Origin: an uncultured Chloroflexia bacterium
GTDB lineage: Bacteria > Chloroflexota > Limnocylindria > Limnocylindrales > CSP1-4
Direction of reading: 5' to 3'
Assembly (NCBI GenBank): GCA_963796715.1
Contig: CAWCMN010000007.1
Coordinates: 388,586-452,585, forward strand
DNA length: 64,000 nt
Both the position numbers and the translations under genes were made by a program. The notes beneath the pieces are model-generated. The model was not told the origin of the DNA, ran no database searches, and was given only the letters and a program-made list of their open reading frames with translations. Every line of letters starts with the position of its first letter. The stretch's first letter is position 1. Below, piece after piece: positions 39,362-48,966 of this stretch.

Positions 39362-40927
39362 GTGAAGATCCAGTTCCTCGGCGCGGCCGGCACGGTGACG
39401 GGCTCGCAGTACCTCGTGACGACCCAGGCGGGGCGGATCCTGGTCGACTGCGGGATGTTCCAGGGCAGCCCGGCGGAGGCCGCGCGCAACCGGGCCGGGT
39501 TCGCCTACGACCCCGCGTCCATCGACGCGGTGCTCCTGACGCACGCCCACCTCGACCACTGCGGCATGCTCCCCGCGCTCGTCAAGGGTGGCTACCGCGG
39601 CCCGATCATCACCACGACCGGCACGCGCGAGCTGGCCGAGCTGGTCCTCCTCGACAGCGGCAAGCTCCAGGTCCAGCAGGCCCAGGCACACAACGACCGG
39701 CTCGAACGAGAGGCACGACGTGAGGCGCGGGACGCCGCCGCGACCGCCGGACCAGCCGGGGCGCCCGTGGTCACGACCGGCGTCCACACCGCGGTCGTGC
39801 CGGTGCCGCACGTCGCCTCCGACCACGGGCCCTTCCCGCGCGGCGGCGGCGACCCGGAGCTGCCGGCGTGGCAGGACGAGCCGATCGAGCCGCTCTACGA
39901 CCGTGACGACGCGGCGGCCACGATGCTGCAGTTCCGCGGCATCGACTACGACACGGCCATCGATGTGATCGCCGGCGTGCGGGCCACCTTCCATGACGCC
40001 GGCCACATCCTGGGCTCGGCCATCATCGTCGTGGAGGTGACCGAAGGCGGCGGCGCACCGCGGCGGCTCGTCTTCTCGGGCGACCTGGGGCGGTCGGACG
40101 CGCCGATCCTGCGCGACCCGACGACGATCCTCGACGGCGCCGACTACGTGCTCGTCGAGTCCACGTACGGCGGCCGCGAGCACGAGCCCGAGGATGAGGC
40201 GATCGAGGCGCTCGCCCAGGCCGTCCACGCCACCTCCGACCACTCGGGCGTCCTGCTCATCCCCGCCTTCGCCATCGGCCGCACGCAGGACATGCTGTGG
40301 GTCCTGGACCGGCTCCTGGAGGCGGGCCGCATCCCGCACGTGCCGCTCTACCTGGACTCGCCGATGGCGACCGGCGCGACGGCCGTGTACATCCACCATC
40401 CGGAGTACTACGACGCCGAGACCGGCCGCCTCCTGAGCTCCGGCGAACGGCCGCTGGAGTATCCCGGCCAGATCGTCACGACCACGGCCGAGCAGTCCAA
40501 GACCATCACCAACGCCGCCCGGCCGATGATGATCGTATCGGCCAGCGGGATGCTCACCGGCGGCCGCATCGTGCACCACCTGGACGACCTGATCGACGAC
40601 CCCAAGGCCATCCTGCTGTTCGTGGGCTACCAGGGTGAGGGCACGCTCGGCGCGCACCTCCAGGCCGGCGCGAAACAGGTCCGCCTCAACGGCGTGTGGC
40701 GCGACGTGCGATGCGAGATCCGCTCCATCAACGGCTTCAGCGCCCATGCCGACGAGAACGAGCTGGCTGCCTGGCTGGCCCATTTCGCGACTGGCACGCC
40801 GCGCCCGCGGACCATCTTCATCGTCCACGGCGACCCCGACGCCGAGCTGGCCGTGGAAGCCCGCGTCAAGGGCCTCGGCCTGACCGCCCACCGCCCCGCC
40901 TGGCGCGAAGAAGTCGACCTGGGCTAG
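39362..40927 (+). CDS. metallo-beta-lactamase-fold / beta-CASP RNA-metabolising hydrolase (RNase J / CPSF-like)
   Basis: A GTG start lies 7 nt after GAGGA. Present are the MBL motif LLTHAHLDHCG, beta-CASP motifs, and a C-terminal His (IVHGDPD). Confidence 0.8.
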   Translation: MKIQFLGAAGTVTGSQYLVTTQAGRILVDCGMFQGSPAEAARNRAGFAYDPASIDAVLLTHAHLDHCGMLPALVKGGYRGPIITTTGTRELAELVLLDSGKLQVQQAQAHNDRLEREARREARDAAATAGPAGAPVVTTGVHTAVVPVPHVASDHGPFPRGGGDPELPAWQDEPIEPLYDRDDAAATMLQFRGIDYDTAIDVIAGVRATFHDAGHILGSAIIVVEVTEGGGAPRRLVFSGDLGRSDAPILRDPTTILDGADYVLVESTYGGREHEPEDEAIEALAQAVHATSDHSGVLLIPAFAIGRTQDMLWVLDRLLEAGRIPHVPLYLDSPMATGATAVYIHHPEYYDAETGRLLSSGERPLEYPGQIVTTTAEQSKTITNAARPMMIVSASGMLTGGRIVHHLDDLIDDPKAILLFVGYQGEGTLGAHLQAGAKQVRLNGVWRDVRCEIRSINGFSAHADENELAAWLAHFATGTPRPRTIFIVHGDPDAELAVEARVKGLGLTAHRPAWREEVDLG

Positions 40928-40980
40928 GCCGATGCAGCGACGGATGCTTCTCGGAGCAGAGACCTGCGACCGGTGAACCG

Positions 40981-41340
40981 CTAGGTCGCCGAGGCCCGCG
41001 CCAAGACTGACACGCCAGTGAACGGGCCCGGATCCGCCGCGTTGCTCACTGACAGCTTCTGAACGGGTGACACGGTCCGCTCAACCGGCTCCAAGGTGAA
41101 CGCCGTGTTCAGGTAGGCGACGTCGTACGGCATCCCAGCGATCCCCGATGGGAGCGCCTGGTCCGCCATTGACTCGGCAGCCTCCCTGAGGATGTCCGAC
41201 ATCCGAACGCCTCTCTGGCGCGCTAGTAATCGGAGCCGTCGCGCCGTGGCATCGTCCAACCTTACGGACAGAACAACCGTGGCGCTCCGCACCTCGATGT
41301 CCAGTGGCTCTAGCGTCTGGCGCTGACCTGTCTTGTCCAT
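40981..41340 (-). CDS. ribbon-helix-helix (CopG-like) antitoxin candidate with about 60 aa C-terminal extension
   Basis: GGGGAAAG lies before the ATG. The RHH is VVLSVRLDDATARRLRLLARQRGVRMSDILREAAE. Its 5' end overlaps the last roughly 10 codons of the toxin gene. Confidence 0.5.
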   Translation of the reverse strand: MDKTGQRQTLEPLDIEVRSATVVLSVRLDDATARRLRLLARQRGVRMSDILREAAESMADQALPSGIAGMPYDVAYLNTAFTLEPVERTVSPVQKLSVSNAADPGPFTGVSVLARASAT

Positions 41341-41606
41341 GTGGTTCTTTCCCCTTTGCTGGCTAGCCAACCCGTCACCACGTCCCAGACGGTCGCGTCG
41401 CTACCAGTCTGCTCGATCACAACGGTCACCAATCGCCCGCCGATCGTACGGCCGATCATGAGCTTGCGGTCGGCCTCATTGTCTCGGCAGAAGTACGGGT
41501 GATCCCAAAGAACGTCAAGTACCTCGTCGGGGCTGATCCCATGGCCGGCAAGGTGGTCCTCGGCGCCCGAAGAGATCCGCAGTTCGTCGATGCACCCCCT
41601 TGCCAT
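41310..41606 (-). CDS. RelE/ParE-superfamily toxin candidate (BrnT/DUF497- or DUF4258-like)
   Basis: The pattern HGISPDEVLDVL...RKLMIGRTIGGRLVTVVIEQTGSDATVWDVVTGWLASKGER matches the BrnT-type core (HG[IV]S..E..E....GRT..GR.L.VV). Confidence 0.5.
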   Translation of the reverse strand: MARGCIDELRISSGAEDHLAGHGISPDEVLDVLWDHPYFCRDNEADRKLMIGRTIGGRLVTVVIEQTGSDATVWDVVTGWLASKGERTTWTRQVSARR

Positions 41607-42166
41607 ACTCGTCTCGCAGGCCTATGATTCGTATACAACGTCTACAAGTGTACCAGAGGCGCATCCAGCACGTGATAGAGCCACAGCCCGCTCGTAAGCG
41701 CTCTCCCCGATCGCAGCTTCCGCGATCCTCAGTCGAGTACTTGATCCTCGCCGACGCGGTCGAGGTGCTGAACGGCAAGCTTTACCTGATGGGGGGAGGG
41801 TGGGACGCGATCTTCGTCCCAGCTCTTCAGTCACCAGTGACACTGTCGATCGCGTGCGGAGTCAATGTGACGTACAACGAGACTGACGACGAGCACAGTC
41901 TCAGCGTTGCCGTACGGGACCTGGACGGAATCGCGGTCGGGCAGCCGATCACGCTGTCCTTCCGCACCGGCCGCTCGCCGATGCTTGCTCGCGGCGCCTC
42001 CACGCACGTTCCGATCGCCATCAAGGCCGCGTATCCCTTCTCCCGGTACGACGAATACGTGATAGCGGCAGCCGTGGACGATCGACATGAGTCACGGCTG
42101 TCCTTCTTCGTCCGAACTCCACCCGGTTCTCCGGTCTTGATGCATCCGGCTCGACAGGCTCCATAG
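41600..42166 (+). CDS. hypothetical protein (orphan; true start probably near 41740)
   Basis: It lies in the low-GC islet. The plausible core is (V)EYLILADAVEVLNGKLYLMGGGWDAIFVPAL... with no recognisable domain. Its Arg-rich N-terminus overlaps the divergent toxin promoter region. Confidence 0.35.
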   Translation: MPYSSRRPMIRIQRLQVYQRRIQHVIEPQPARKRSPRSQLPRSSVEYLILADAVEVLNGKLYLMGGGWDAIFVPALQSPVTLSIACGVNVTYNETDDEHSLSVAVRDLDGIAVGQPITLSFRTGRSPMLARGASTHVPIAIKAAYPFSRYDEYVIAAAVDDRHESRLSFFVRTPPGSPVLMHPARQAP

Positions 42167-42324
42167 CCGAGAACGCCCACGTCGCGACCGAATGCCGGAA
42201 CGGTCGCACATCGCCCTTCACCGCCGATCCACCCCGTCAAGTGTTGGCACCGCCAGACACCAGCTGCCCCGCGGTCCGCGGCGGCGTAGAGTGAACTTGG
42301 CAGAGCCGCTCGGGAGGGACGGAC

Positions 42325-42543
42325 ATGGATGACAAGTGGCAGTGCGGGACGTGCGGCACACGCAACGATCCCGGCACGGCAGTCTGCTACCACTGCGGGA
42401 CGCCTCGGCTCATCCCCCCGATTCCCGGCACACGCGTCTACGACCCGCTGCCGGAACCGGTCGAGCCGGGTGCTGGTCCCCTGAAGCCGGCCGCGCCGAC
42501 CGTTTCCGAGCCCGACGGCTCGAAGTCGGAGGGCAAGAGCTAG
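42325..42543 (+). CDS. zinc-ribbon mini-protein (72 aa, CxxC-x12-CxxC)
   Basis: GGGAGGGA lies 5 nt before the ATG. The N-terminus MDDKWQCGTCGTRNDPGTAVCYHCG is followed by a Pro-rich tail. Confidence 0.5.
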   Translation: MDDKWQCGTCGTRNDPGTAVCYHCGTPRLIPPIPGTRVYDPLPEPVEPGAGPLKPAAPTVSEPDGSKSEGKS

Positions 42544-44027
42544 GCAGTCGCTCCCCCGCGCTTCGCGTGCACGGCGACGGCGCGCGCGTAGGCCGCCTCG
42601 TATCCCTGCGCCGGCACGCCCCAGGCATGGTCCTCCGCCATCCCGCGGCGCACGAGGGCGGTCCACCGCACGGGGTCGCGGTAGGCCGCCACGGCGCGCC
42701 GCACGGCTTCCCGGAGTGCTGCCGGCGTGGCCTCCTGGAACGTGAAGCCGTTGCCCCGACCCGCCCGGGCATCGGCGTCGAACACGGTATCGGCCAGGCC
42801 ACCCGTGGCCCGCACGATGGGCACCGACCCGTAGCGCAACGCGATGAGCTGGCCCTGGCCTGACGGCTCGAAGCGCGATGGCATGAGGAACGCGTCGCTG
42901 GCCGCGTAGATGCGCCGCGCCTCGTCCCGGTCGAAGCGGTCCAGCACGACCAGCCGGTCGGCGTGGCGTGCCGCGAGCGCCTGCAGGCCGGCCACCAGCC
43001 GCGCGTCGCCGGTGCCAAGCACGATGAGCCGCACGCCCATCCGCAGCAGCGCCGGGGCGGCGTCGGTCAGCAGGTCGAAGCCCTTCTGCGGGTCCAGCCG
43101 GCCGACGAGGCCCATCAGCGGCGCGCCGCGCTCGTCCCACCCGCGGCCGATGCCGGGCGCCAGGCGATGGCGTGCCAGGAGGTCGGCCTTGCAGGCCGCC
43201 TTCCCGGCCAGCGCGCGCCGGCTGAAGGGCGCAGCCTGCACGGGATCGTGGGCCGGATCCCAGAGGACCGTGTCGATGCCGTTCATGATGCCCAGGTAGC
43301 GATCGCCCAGGCCGCGCAGGAGATCGTCGACCCCAGCTCCGTATGCCGGTCCCAGCGTCTCGCGGGCGTATGTGGGGCTCACGGTGTTGACCAGGTCCGC
43401 GTGCCCGAGTCCTTCGCGCAGCAGGTCCACGCCCTCCGGCTGGCCCACCGACGCGGACAGGCCCAGCCGCCACGCCTCCGCCCGCGGCGTCCAGCCGTGG
43501 TACGCCAGGTTGTGGCAGGTGAGCTGGCTCGCCGCGCGACCCACCACCGGGTCCGTGGCATAGCCGTGGCGCAGGTGGAGGAGCACCGGGCCGGCCTGCC
43601 AGTCGTGGCCGTGGACGATGTCGACCGGCCGTCCCTCCGCCCGGATCGTCTCGAGGGCGGTGCGTCCGAGCAACGCGAAGCGTCCGGCGTTGTCGGGGTA
43701 GTCGGCGCCCGCCTCGCCGTACAGCCCGGCCCGATCGAACGACGGCGGATGGTCCACCAGGCGGACGCGGTACCCGTCGCCGGCGAACGTGAGGAGGCCC
43801 ACCTCGACGTGGCCCGAGCGGCGTGGGCCCGTGGCCACGGGCACGCGGATCGTGCTGCGCACCGGGGGCGGGTCGACCGGCAGCCGGACGTCGCGGTAGC
43901 GGGGCAGGTAGACGTCGACCTCATGGTCGAGCTGCCCGAGCGCGCGCGAGAGCGCGTCGACCACGTCGGCCAGGCCGCCGGTCTTGGCGTAGGGCTCGCA
44001 CTCGGAGGCGACCATGGCGATCCGCAC
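42540..44027 (-). CDS. glgA: glycogen synthase (ADP-glucose type, GT5)
   Basis: The N-terminal signature VRIAMVASECEPYAKTGGLADVV is present, with the GT-B C-terminus (SRFEPSGQGQLIALRYGSVPIV). The start could be GTG 44027 or ATG 44015; the listed 44162 start is rejected. Confidence 0.85.
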   Translation of the reverse strand: MRIAMVASECEPYAKTGGLADVVDALSRALGQLDHEVDVYLPRYRDVRLPVDPPPVRSTIRVPVATGPRRSGHVEVGLLTFAGDGYRVRLVDHPPSFDRAGLYGEAGADYPDNAGRFALLGRTALETIRAEGRPVDIVHGHDWQAGPVLLHLRHGYATDPVVGRAASQLTCHNLAYHGWTPRAEAWRLGLSASVGQPEGVDLLREGLGHADLVNTVSPTYARETLGPAYGAGVDDLLRGLGDRYLGIMNGIDTVLWDPAHDPVQAAPFSRRALAGKAACKADLLARHRLAPGIGRGWDERGAPLMGLVGRLDPQKGFDLLTDAAPALLRMGVRLIVLGTGDARLVAGLQALAARHADRLVVLDRFDRDEARRIYAASDAFLMPSRFEPSGQGQLIALRYGSVPIVRATGGLADTVFDADARAGRGNGFTFQEATPAALREAVRRAVAAYRDPVRWTALVRRGMAEDHAWGVPAQGYEAAYARAVAVHAKRGGATA

Positions 44028-44076
44028 GCGCGCATCGTAGCCGCCGCGGCAGGTCCGTCGTGTACGATGCCGGCTC

Positions 44077-46242
44077 ATGCTCATGCCCGAGATCCCGGCC
44101 CAGGAGCTCGTCGCGCTCCGGCTGCCACCCCGCCTGGCCGGCCTCCGGCGTCTCGCCTTCAACCTCTACTGGACGTGGCACCCGGAGGTGCGCGAGCTCT
44201 TCAGCCGCATCGACGCCGGCGCCTGGGAGCGCTACCGCAGCCCGGTGCCGCTCCTGCACCTGGACCGGGACTGGACCGAGCTCCTCGACAACGAGGGCTT
44301 CATGGTCGACTACGAGGCGGTGCTGGCCAGCTTCGACGCCTACCTGGCCAACGGCGCGGGCCACTGGTACCCCGGCGGTGCCGGCGCCACCCTGCCGGGC
44401 CCGGTGGCGTACTTCTGCGCCGAGTACGGCATCCACGAAACGCTCGGCCTCTACTCCGGTGGCCTGGGCGTCCTCGCCGGCGACCACTGCAAGACGGCCT
44501 CCGACATGGCCCTGCCGTTCGTGGCCGTCGGCCTCTTCTACCGCCACGGCTACTTCAGCCAGACGATCGACGCCGACGGCCACCAGGAGCATGCCTACCC
44601 CGACTTCGATCCGCGCCGCATGCCGCTCCAGCGCGTCATCGGCGAGGACGGCGGGCCGCTGCTGGTGCCCGTCGAGCTGCCCGGGCGCACGGTCCGCTGC
44701 GCGGTCTGGCGCGTCGAGGTCGGTCGCGTGCCGCTCATCCTGCTGGACTCCGACGTGCCCGAGAACTCCCCGGAAGACCGGCCCATCACCCACATCCTGT
44801 ACGTCCGCGGCCGGGAGATGCGCCTGTACCAGGAGATCGTGCTCGGCGTGGGCGGCGTGCGCGCCCTGCGCGCGCTGGGCATCGACCCGGCCGCGTGGCA
44901 CCTCAACGAGGGCCACTCGGCGTTCATGCTGGTGGAACGCACCAGGGAGTTGATGGCCGGCGGGATGCCCTTCGAGGAAGCCATGGCCGCGGTCAGCGCT
45001 GCGTCCGTCTTCACCATCCACACACCCGTGGCCGCGGGCAACGAGCGATTCGCCGCCGACCTCGTGCGCCGGCTGATCGCGCCCCTGCTGGCGGGCGTCG
45101 GCCTGGATGCGGAGCGGATCCTGGAGCTTGGCCGGGGGCCGGACGGGAACGCCGGCGAGTTCGACATGACGGCCCTGTGTCTGCGCAGCACATCGGGCGC
45201 GAACGCCGTCAGCCAGCTCCACGGGCGGACGGCGAACGCCACCTGGCACGCCGTCGCGGGCCGCGAGATCCTGGCCATCACCAACGGGGTCCACGTGGCT
45301 TCCTGGCTGGGGACCCCCCTGCGGCGCCTGTACGAGCAGCGGGGCGCCGACCTGGACCGCCTCGACGCGGCCCGCCCGGGGGACCGTTTCTGGGAGCACC
45401 TGGATGCCATCGAGGACGACCGCCTGTGGGCCGCCCACCGGCACCTCAAGGTGGAGCTGGCACTGTACGCCCGTCGCCACCTGCGGCATCAGTTCGCCCG
45501 CCTCGGCGAGGCCCCGGAGGCGCTCGCGCAGCTGTCCCAGGCGCTGGAACCTGACGTCCTCACGGTCGGGTTCGCGCGGCGCTTCGCCACGTACAAGCGC
45601 GCCGAACTGCTCTTCCTGGACGAGGAGCGCCTGGCGTCCATCCTGTGCGACCGCGACCGGCCCGTGCAGGTCGTCATGGCGGGCAAGGCCCATCCGGCCG
45701 ACCGACCCGGCCAGCAGGTCATCCGCGACATCTTCGCCCGCAGCCGGGACGAGCGCCTGCGGGGCCGGGTGCTGATCCTGGAGAACTACGACATGCGCAT
45801 GGCCCGCCGGCTCGTGCGAGGCACCGACGTGTGGCTGAATACACCGCGCCGCCCGCTGGAGGCGTCGGGCACCAGCGGCATGAAAGCCGGCGCCAACGGC
45901 GCCATCAACTGCTCGGTCCTGGACGGCTGGTGGGACGAGGGCTACACCGGCGACAACGGCTGGGCCATCGGTGGCCGCGACATCGACCCCGACGATCGAG
46001 CGCAGGACTGGTCCGATGCCCAGGCGCTGTACCACCTGCTGGCCGACCAGATCGTGCCCCTCTACTACACCCGCGGGGACGACGGGCTGCCCCACGGCTG
46101 GCTCGATCTGATGCGCCGCTCGCTGGCCTCGATCACGTGGCGCTTCTCGACCACCCGCATGCTTGAAGAGTACGTGGCCCAGCTCTACCTGCCGGCCGCC
46201 TCCGGGGCGATGAGCCGGCGCCAGGTCAGGACCGGCCGGTAG
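44077..46242 (+). CDS. glgP: alpha-glucan (glycogen/maltodextrin) phosphorylase, GlgP family
   Basis: Motifs LAFNLYWTWHP, EYGIHE..LGLYSGGLGVLAGDH and the PLP-Lys region EASGTSGMKAGANGA are present. Confidence 0.85.
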   Translation: MLMPEIPAQELVALRLPPRLAGLRRLAFNLYWTWHPEVRELFSRIDAGAWERYRSPVPLLHLDRDWTELLDNEGFMVDYEAVLASFDAYLANGAGHWYPGGAGATLPGPVAYFCAEYGIHETLGLYSGGLGVLAGDHCKTASDMALPFVAVGLFYRHGYFSQTIDADGHQEHAYPDFDPRRMPLQRVIGEDGGPLLVPVELPGRTVRCAVWRVEVGRVPLILLDSDVPENSPEDRPITHILYVRGREMRLYQEIVLGVGGVRALRALGIDPAAWHLNEGHSAFMLVERTRELMAGGMPFEEAMAAVSAASVFTIHTPVAAGNERFAADLVRRLIAPLLAGVGLDAERILELGRGPDGNAGEFDMTALCLRSTSGANAVSQLHGRTANATWHAVAGREILAITNGVHVASWLGTPLRRLYEQRGADLDRLDAARPGDRFWEHLDAIEDDRLWAAHRHLKVELALYARRHLRHQFARLGEAPEALAQLSQALEPDVLTVGFARRFATYKRAELLFLDEERLASILCDRDRPVQVVMAGKAHPADRPGQQVIRDIFARSRDERLRGRVLILENYDMRMARRLVRGTDVWLNTPRRPLEASGTSGMKAGANGAINCSVLDGWWDEGYTGDNGWAIGGRDIDPDDRAQDWSDAQALYHLLADQIVPLYYTRGDDGLPHGWLDLMRRSLASITWRFSTTRMLEEYVAQLYLPAASGAMSRRQVRTGR

Positions 46243-46988
46243 TCCAGGCCGGCGTACAGGGCCGCTGCGGCGGCGTTGTCGGCCTCCACCGATAGCCACA
46301 CCAGGCGCGCGCCGCCGGCCAGGCCGGCGCGCGTGGCGACCGTCGTCATCAGCGTCCCGTAGCCCTGGCGGCGCCGTGCGGCGACCACGCCGACTCCCTG
46401 GAGCGCGGCCAGCCCGTCGCCGCGGATGAGGCGCGCGGTCGCGACCGGCGCCCCGTCGAGTCGCGCCAGGTAGGCCCGTACACGGCCGACCTCCAGGCCC
46501 ACCTGCAGCGACCTGACGCGGTCGGCGGCCTCCACCGGCGCGAGCCCGAAGATCGCCCGCTCGGTCGCCTCGTAGGCCGCGGCCGTGGCCGGCGTGACAG
46601 CCTCAAGGCGCAGGCTGGGCGCCAGGTGCGGCACGGCGGCCGCCCGGCGGGTCCAGAGGATCCGCTCACGACCGATCTCCAGCCAGCCCCGCCCCTGCAG
46701 CCGCATGGCCAGGTCGGGCGGCGTGGCCAGCTCATCGACCAGGAGGATGGCCGGCACCTCGCCGAGCCCGCGCAACCGAGCGGCCACCGCGTCCGCCTGC
46801 GCAGCCCAGGTCGCCTCCGTCCAGCGCGGCCGGGCGGCGTGGTTGAACGCCAGGCCGCGGCCGGGCCAGGCCACGAGATCCGCGCCGAGCGCAGGATCAG
46901 GCGTCAGGGTCGCGCCAGCGTGGACCCACAGGGCGACGAGCTGGTCCTCGATGGCCGCCTGTTCGGCGGCGTCCGGGGGCGGTGGCAC
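46185..46988 (-). CDS. GNAT-family N-acetyltransferase
   Basis: The acetyl-CoA motif RRRQGYGTLMTTVATRAG lies near the C-terminus. The first roughly 73 codons of the listed ORF are Arg/Ser-rich and rejected. The tail overlaps the glgP 3' end convergently by 58 nt. Confidence 0.6.
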   Translation of the reverse strand: MPPPPDAAEQAAIEDQLVALWVHAGATLTPDPALGADLVAWPGRGLAFNHAARPRWTEATWAAQADAVAARLRGLGEVPAILLVDELATPPDLAMRLQGRGWLEIGRERILWTRRAAAVPHLAPSLRLEAVTPATAAAYEATERAIFGLAPVEAADRVRSLQVGLEVGRVRAYLARLDGAPVATARLIRGDGLAALQGVGVVAARRRQGYGTLMTTVATRAGLAGGARLVWLSVEADNAAAAALYAGLDYRPVLTWRRLIAPEAAGR

Positions 46989-47055
46989 CGCCTCGGCGTC
47001 GGCCCGCGGCCGGGCGTCCGCCGGTCGACGAAGGGGAGCCTCGGGCGCGCTCGCG

Positions 47056-48897
47056 TCAGGCTCCCAGGACGAGCCGGCGCACCCACTTGATGGGTGGCGC
47101 GCCGTGCGAGATGACCGCCTCCAGGTGGGCCCGCTGGTCGAACCCCGGCGTCGCGCCGAAGTCGCCCACGAGGCGCGGCTCGGGCACGGCCGACACATCC
47201 GCCCCACGCGCCTCGGCGGCGCGCCGTCGGGCGGCCCGCTCCAGGTCCCAGAACTCGAGCGAGCCCATGTAGTACGTACTGAGCTGCGTCGCCGTGAGCC
47301 GCGCGCGCAGCCACTTGGCGCGCGCCTCCTGCTCCTCCTGGAACGCGCCGCGGACCATCAGGTCCATCGCCTCCGTCTCGGTCATGCCGCCCGTGTGGAT
47401 GGCCACGTCGAGCAGCGCGTTGACGATCGCGCGCAGGTAGAACTTCCAGTGGTTGAGCAGCAGGGCGGGCTCGTGATCGCCGTAGCCGGCGTCCATCATC
47501 ACCTGGGTGACGTAGACCGCCCACCCCTCGGCGAACATGCCGGACTGGAAGATGCTGCGGGTCAGGTTGGGCGTCTTCGCCGCGGCCGCCAGCTGGAGGT
47601 AGTGGCCGGGGATCGCCTCGTGGATGCAGAGCAGCCGCTGCATCCGTTCGTTGTCCTCGCGCAGGAAGGACTCGAGGCGCTCGGGCGGCCAGTCGTCGCC
47701 GGGCGGGGTGATCCAGAAGTAGCTGCGCTGGCCGACCTCGAGCGGCCCCGGCGGGGACAGGAAGGCGCCGCCGTAGGCGCGCATGAAGGTCGGCGTCCAG
47801 GTGATCTCGAGCGGCTCGTCGGGCAGGCTGATGACGCCGCGCTCGCGGACGAACGCCTCGATGCGCGCCACCTCCGCCCGGGCGTCGTCGAGCAGGCCGG
47901 CCGGCTCGCCGTGCTCCGCGGCGATGGCATCCAGGACGCCGCGCACGAGGGCGTCCTCGTCGTCGGGCATGGGGCTGTCGGGGCGCCAGGTGGGCCACGC
48001 GACGCGGGCCAGCCGCACGAGCTCGGCGCGTACCACGGCGTAGTCGTGCCGCGCGCGAGCCTCGACCTCGTCCGGGCTCAGGTCGCTGGCCAGGGTGTGG
48101 CGCAGCTTCTCGGCGAACAGCCGCGGACCAAGGCGGCCCTCGCCCCTGGCGTGCGGCCTGACCTCGTCGGTCAGGAAGCGCCGGAAGGCCTCGACGGCCG
48201 CGTCGGCGTGCGGGCGCAGGGCGGCCAGCTGGCGGGCGAGGCCCAGGCCGCCGTCGTCGGTCGCGGCGGCGATGGCCAGGCCCTCGTCGACCTGCTCCAT
48301 GACGCCGTCCAGCTGGGCCAGGGCGGTCTCCGTGTGGAGCAGCGAGACGGGACGGTCCGGCAGGCCGTGCAGCGCCGACCGCGCCCCGGCCAGGAAGTCG
48401 GCCAGACGGGCGACCCGCCAGGTGAACGCCACGCCGCGCTGCGCCCACGGGGTCGTCTCGCGGGCGACGAGCTCGAACAGGCCGCTGCCCGCGACCTGCA
48501 CGACGCCCAGCGGATCCCAGGCCGATTCACGGAGCACGTCCTCATCGAAGAGGACGCCCTGGAGCGCTTCGACGAGGATGCCGCGATCGAGGCGTTCATC
48601 GGCCGACAGGTCTGCCTCCGGCAGCGCGCGGGCGGCCTCGATGAGCTGGCCCAGGCGGGCCACCAGCCGCTGCCGGGCGTCCTCGGCAAGGTCGGACCAG
48701 CGATCGTCGAAGGCGTGGTACCCGACCTCGGTGGCGAAGACAGGGAACGCCGCGAACAGGACGTCGAGGGCGTCGTGCATGACGCGCTGATAGGGCGTCG
48801 CCGGGACCGGGCGGGGATCGGGGCCGGCGGCCCGGAAGGGTGGCAGGGCCGCCGTCAGGGCGGCCAGCGACGGGTCGAGCGGTGTGGTGTCGGGCAT
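47056..48897 (-). CDS. DUF885-family protein
   Basis: The 613 aa protein carries the HExxH-like CIHEAIPGHYLQ region typical of DUF885. The 1111-aa ORF listed from 50391 is antisense to the next gene and rejected upstream of 48897. Confidence 0.7.
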   Translation of the reverse strand: MPDTTPLDPSLAALTAALPPFRAAGPDPRPVPATPYQRVMHDALDVLFAAFPVFATEVGYHAFDDRWSDLAEDARQRLVARLGQLIEAARALPEADLSADERLDRGILVEALQGVLFDEDVLRESAWDPLGVVQVAGSGLFELVARETTPWAQRGVAFTWRVARLADFLAGARSALHGLPDRPVSLLHTETALAQLDGVMEQVDEGLAIAAATDDGGLGLARQLAALRPHADAAVEAFRRFLTDEVRPHARGEGRLGPRLFAEKLRHTLASDLSPDEVEARARHDYAVVRAELVRLARVAWPTWRPDSPMPDDEDALVRGVLDAIAAEHGEPAGLLDDARAEVARIEAFVRERGVISLPDEPLEITWTPTFMRAYGGAFLSPPGPLEVGQRSYFWITPPGDDWPPERLESFLREDNERMQRLLCIHEAIPGHYLQLAAAAKTPNLTRSIFQSGMFAEGWAVYVTQVMMDAGYGDHEPALLLNHWKFYLRAIVNALLDVAIHTGGMTETEAMDLMVRGAFQEEQEARAKWLRARLTATQLSTYYMGSLEFWDLERAARRRAAEARGADVSAVPEPRLVGDFGATPGFDQRAHLEAVISHGAPPIKWVRRLVLGA

Positions 48898-48966
48898 GGG
48901 TCCTCGAGCGTGTCGGGGTCGCGCGAACGGGCCGGCGGCATCGTACCGCACGTGTACCCTGTCGCC

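Noticed and set aside
40930-42550. Calling the low-GC islet a defined mobile element
   Set aside because: No integrase, transposase, tRNA target or flanking direct repeats are visible. It is reported as an islet of probable foreign origin only.
46585-48966. N-terminal 790 codons of the 1364-aa plus-strand ORF ending at 50679
   Set aside because: It is antisense to the DUF885 gene and low-complexity. The real gene starts at ATG 48967 with a signal peptide.
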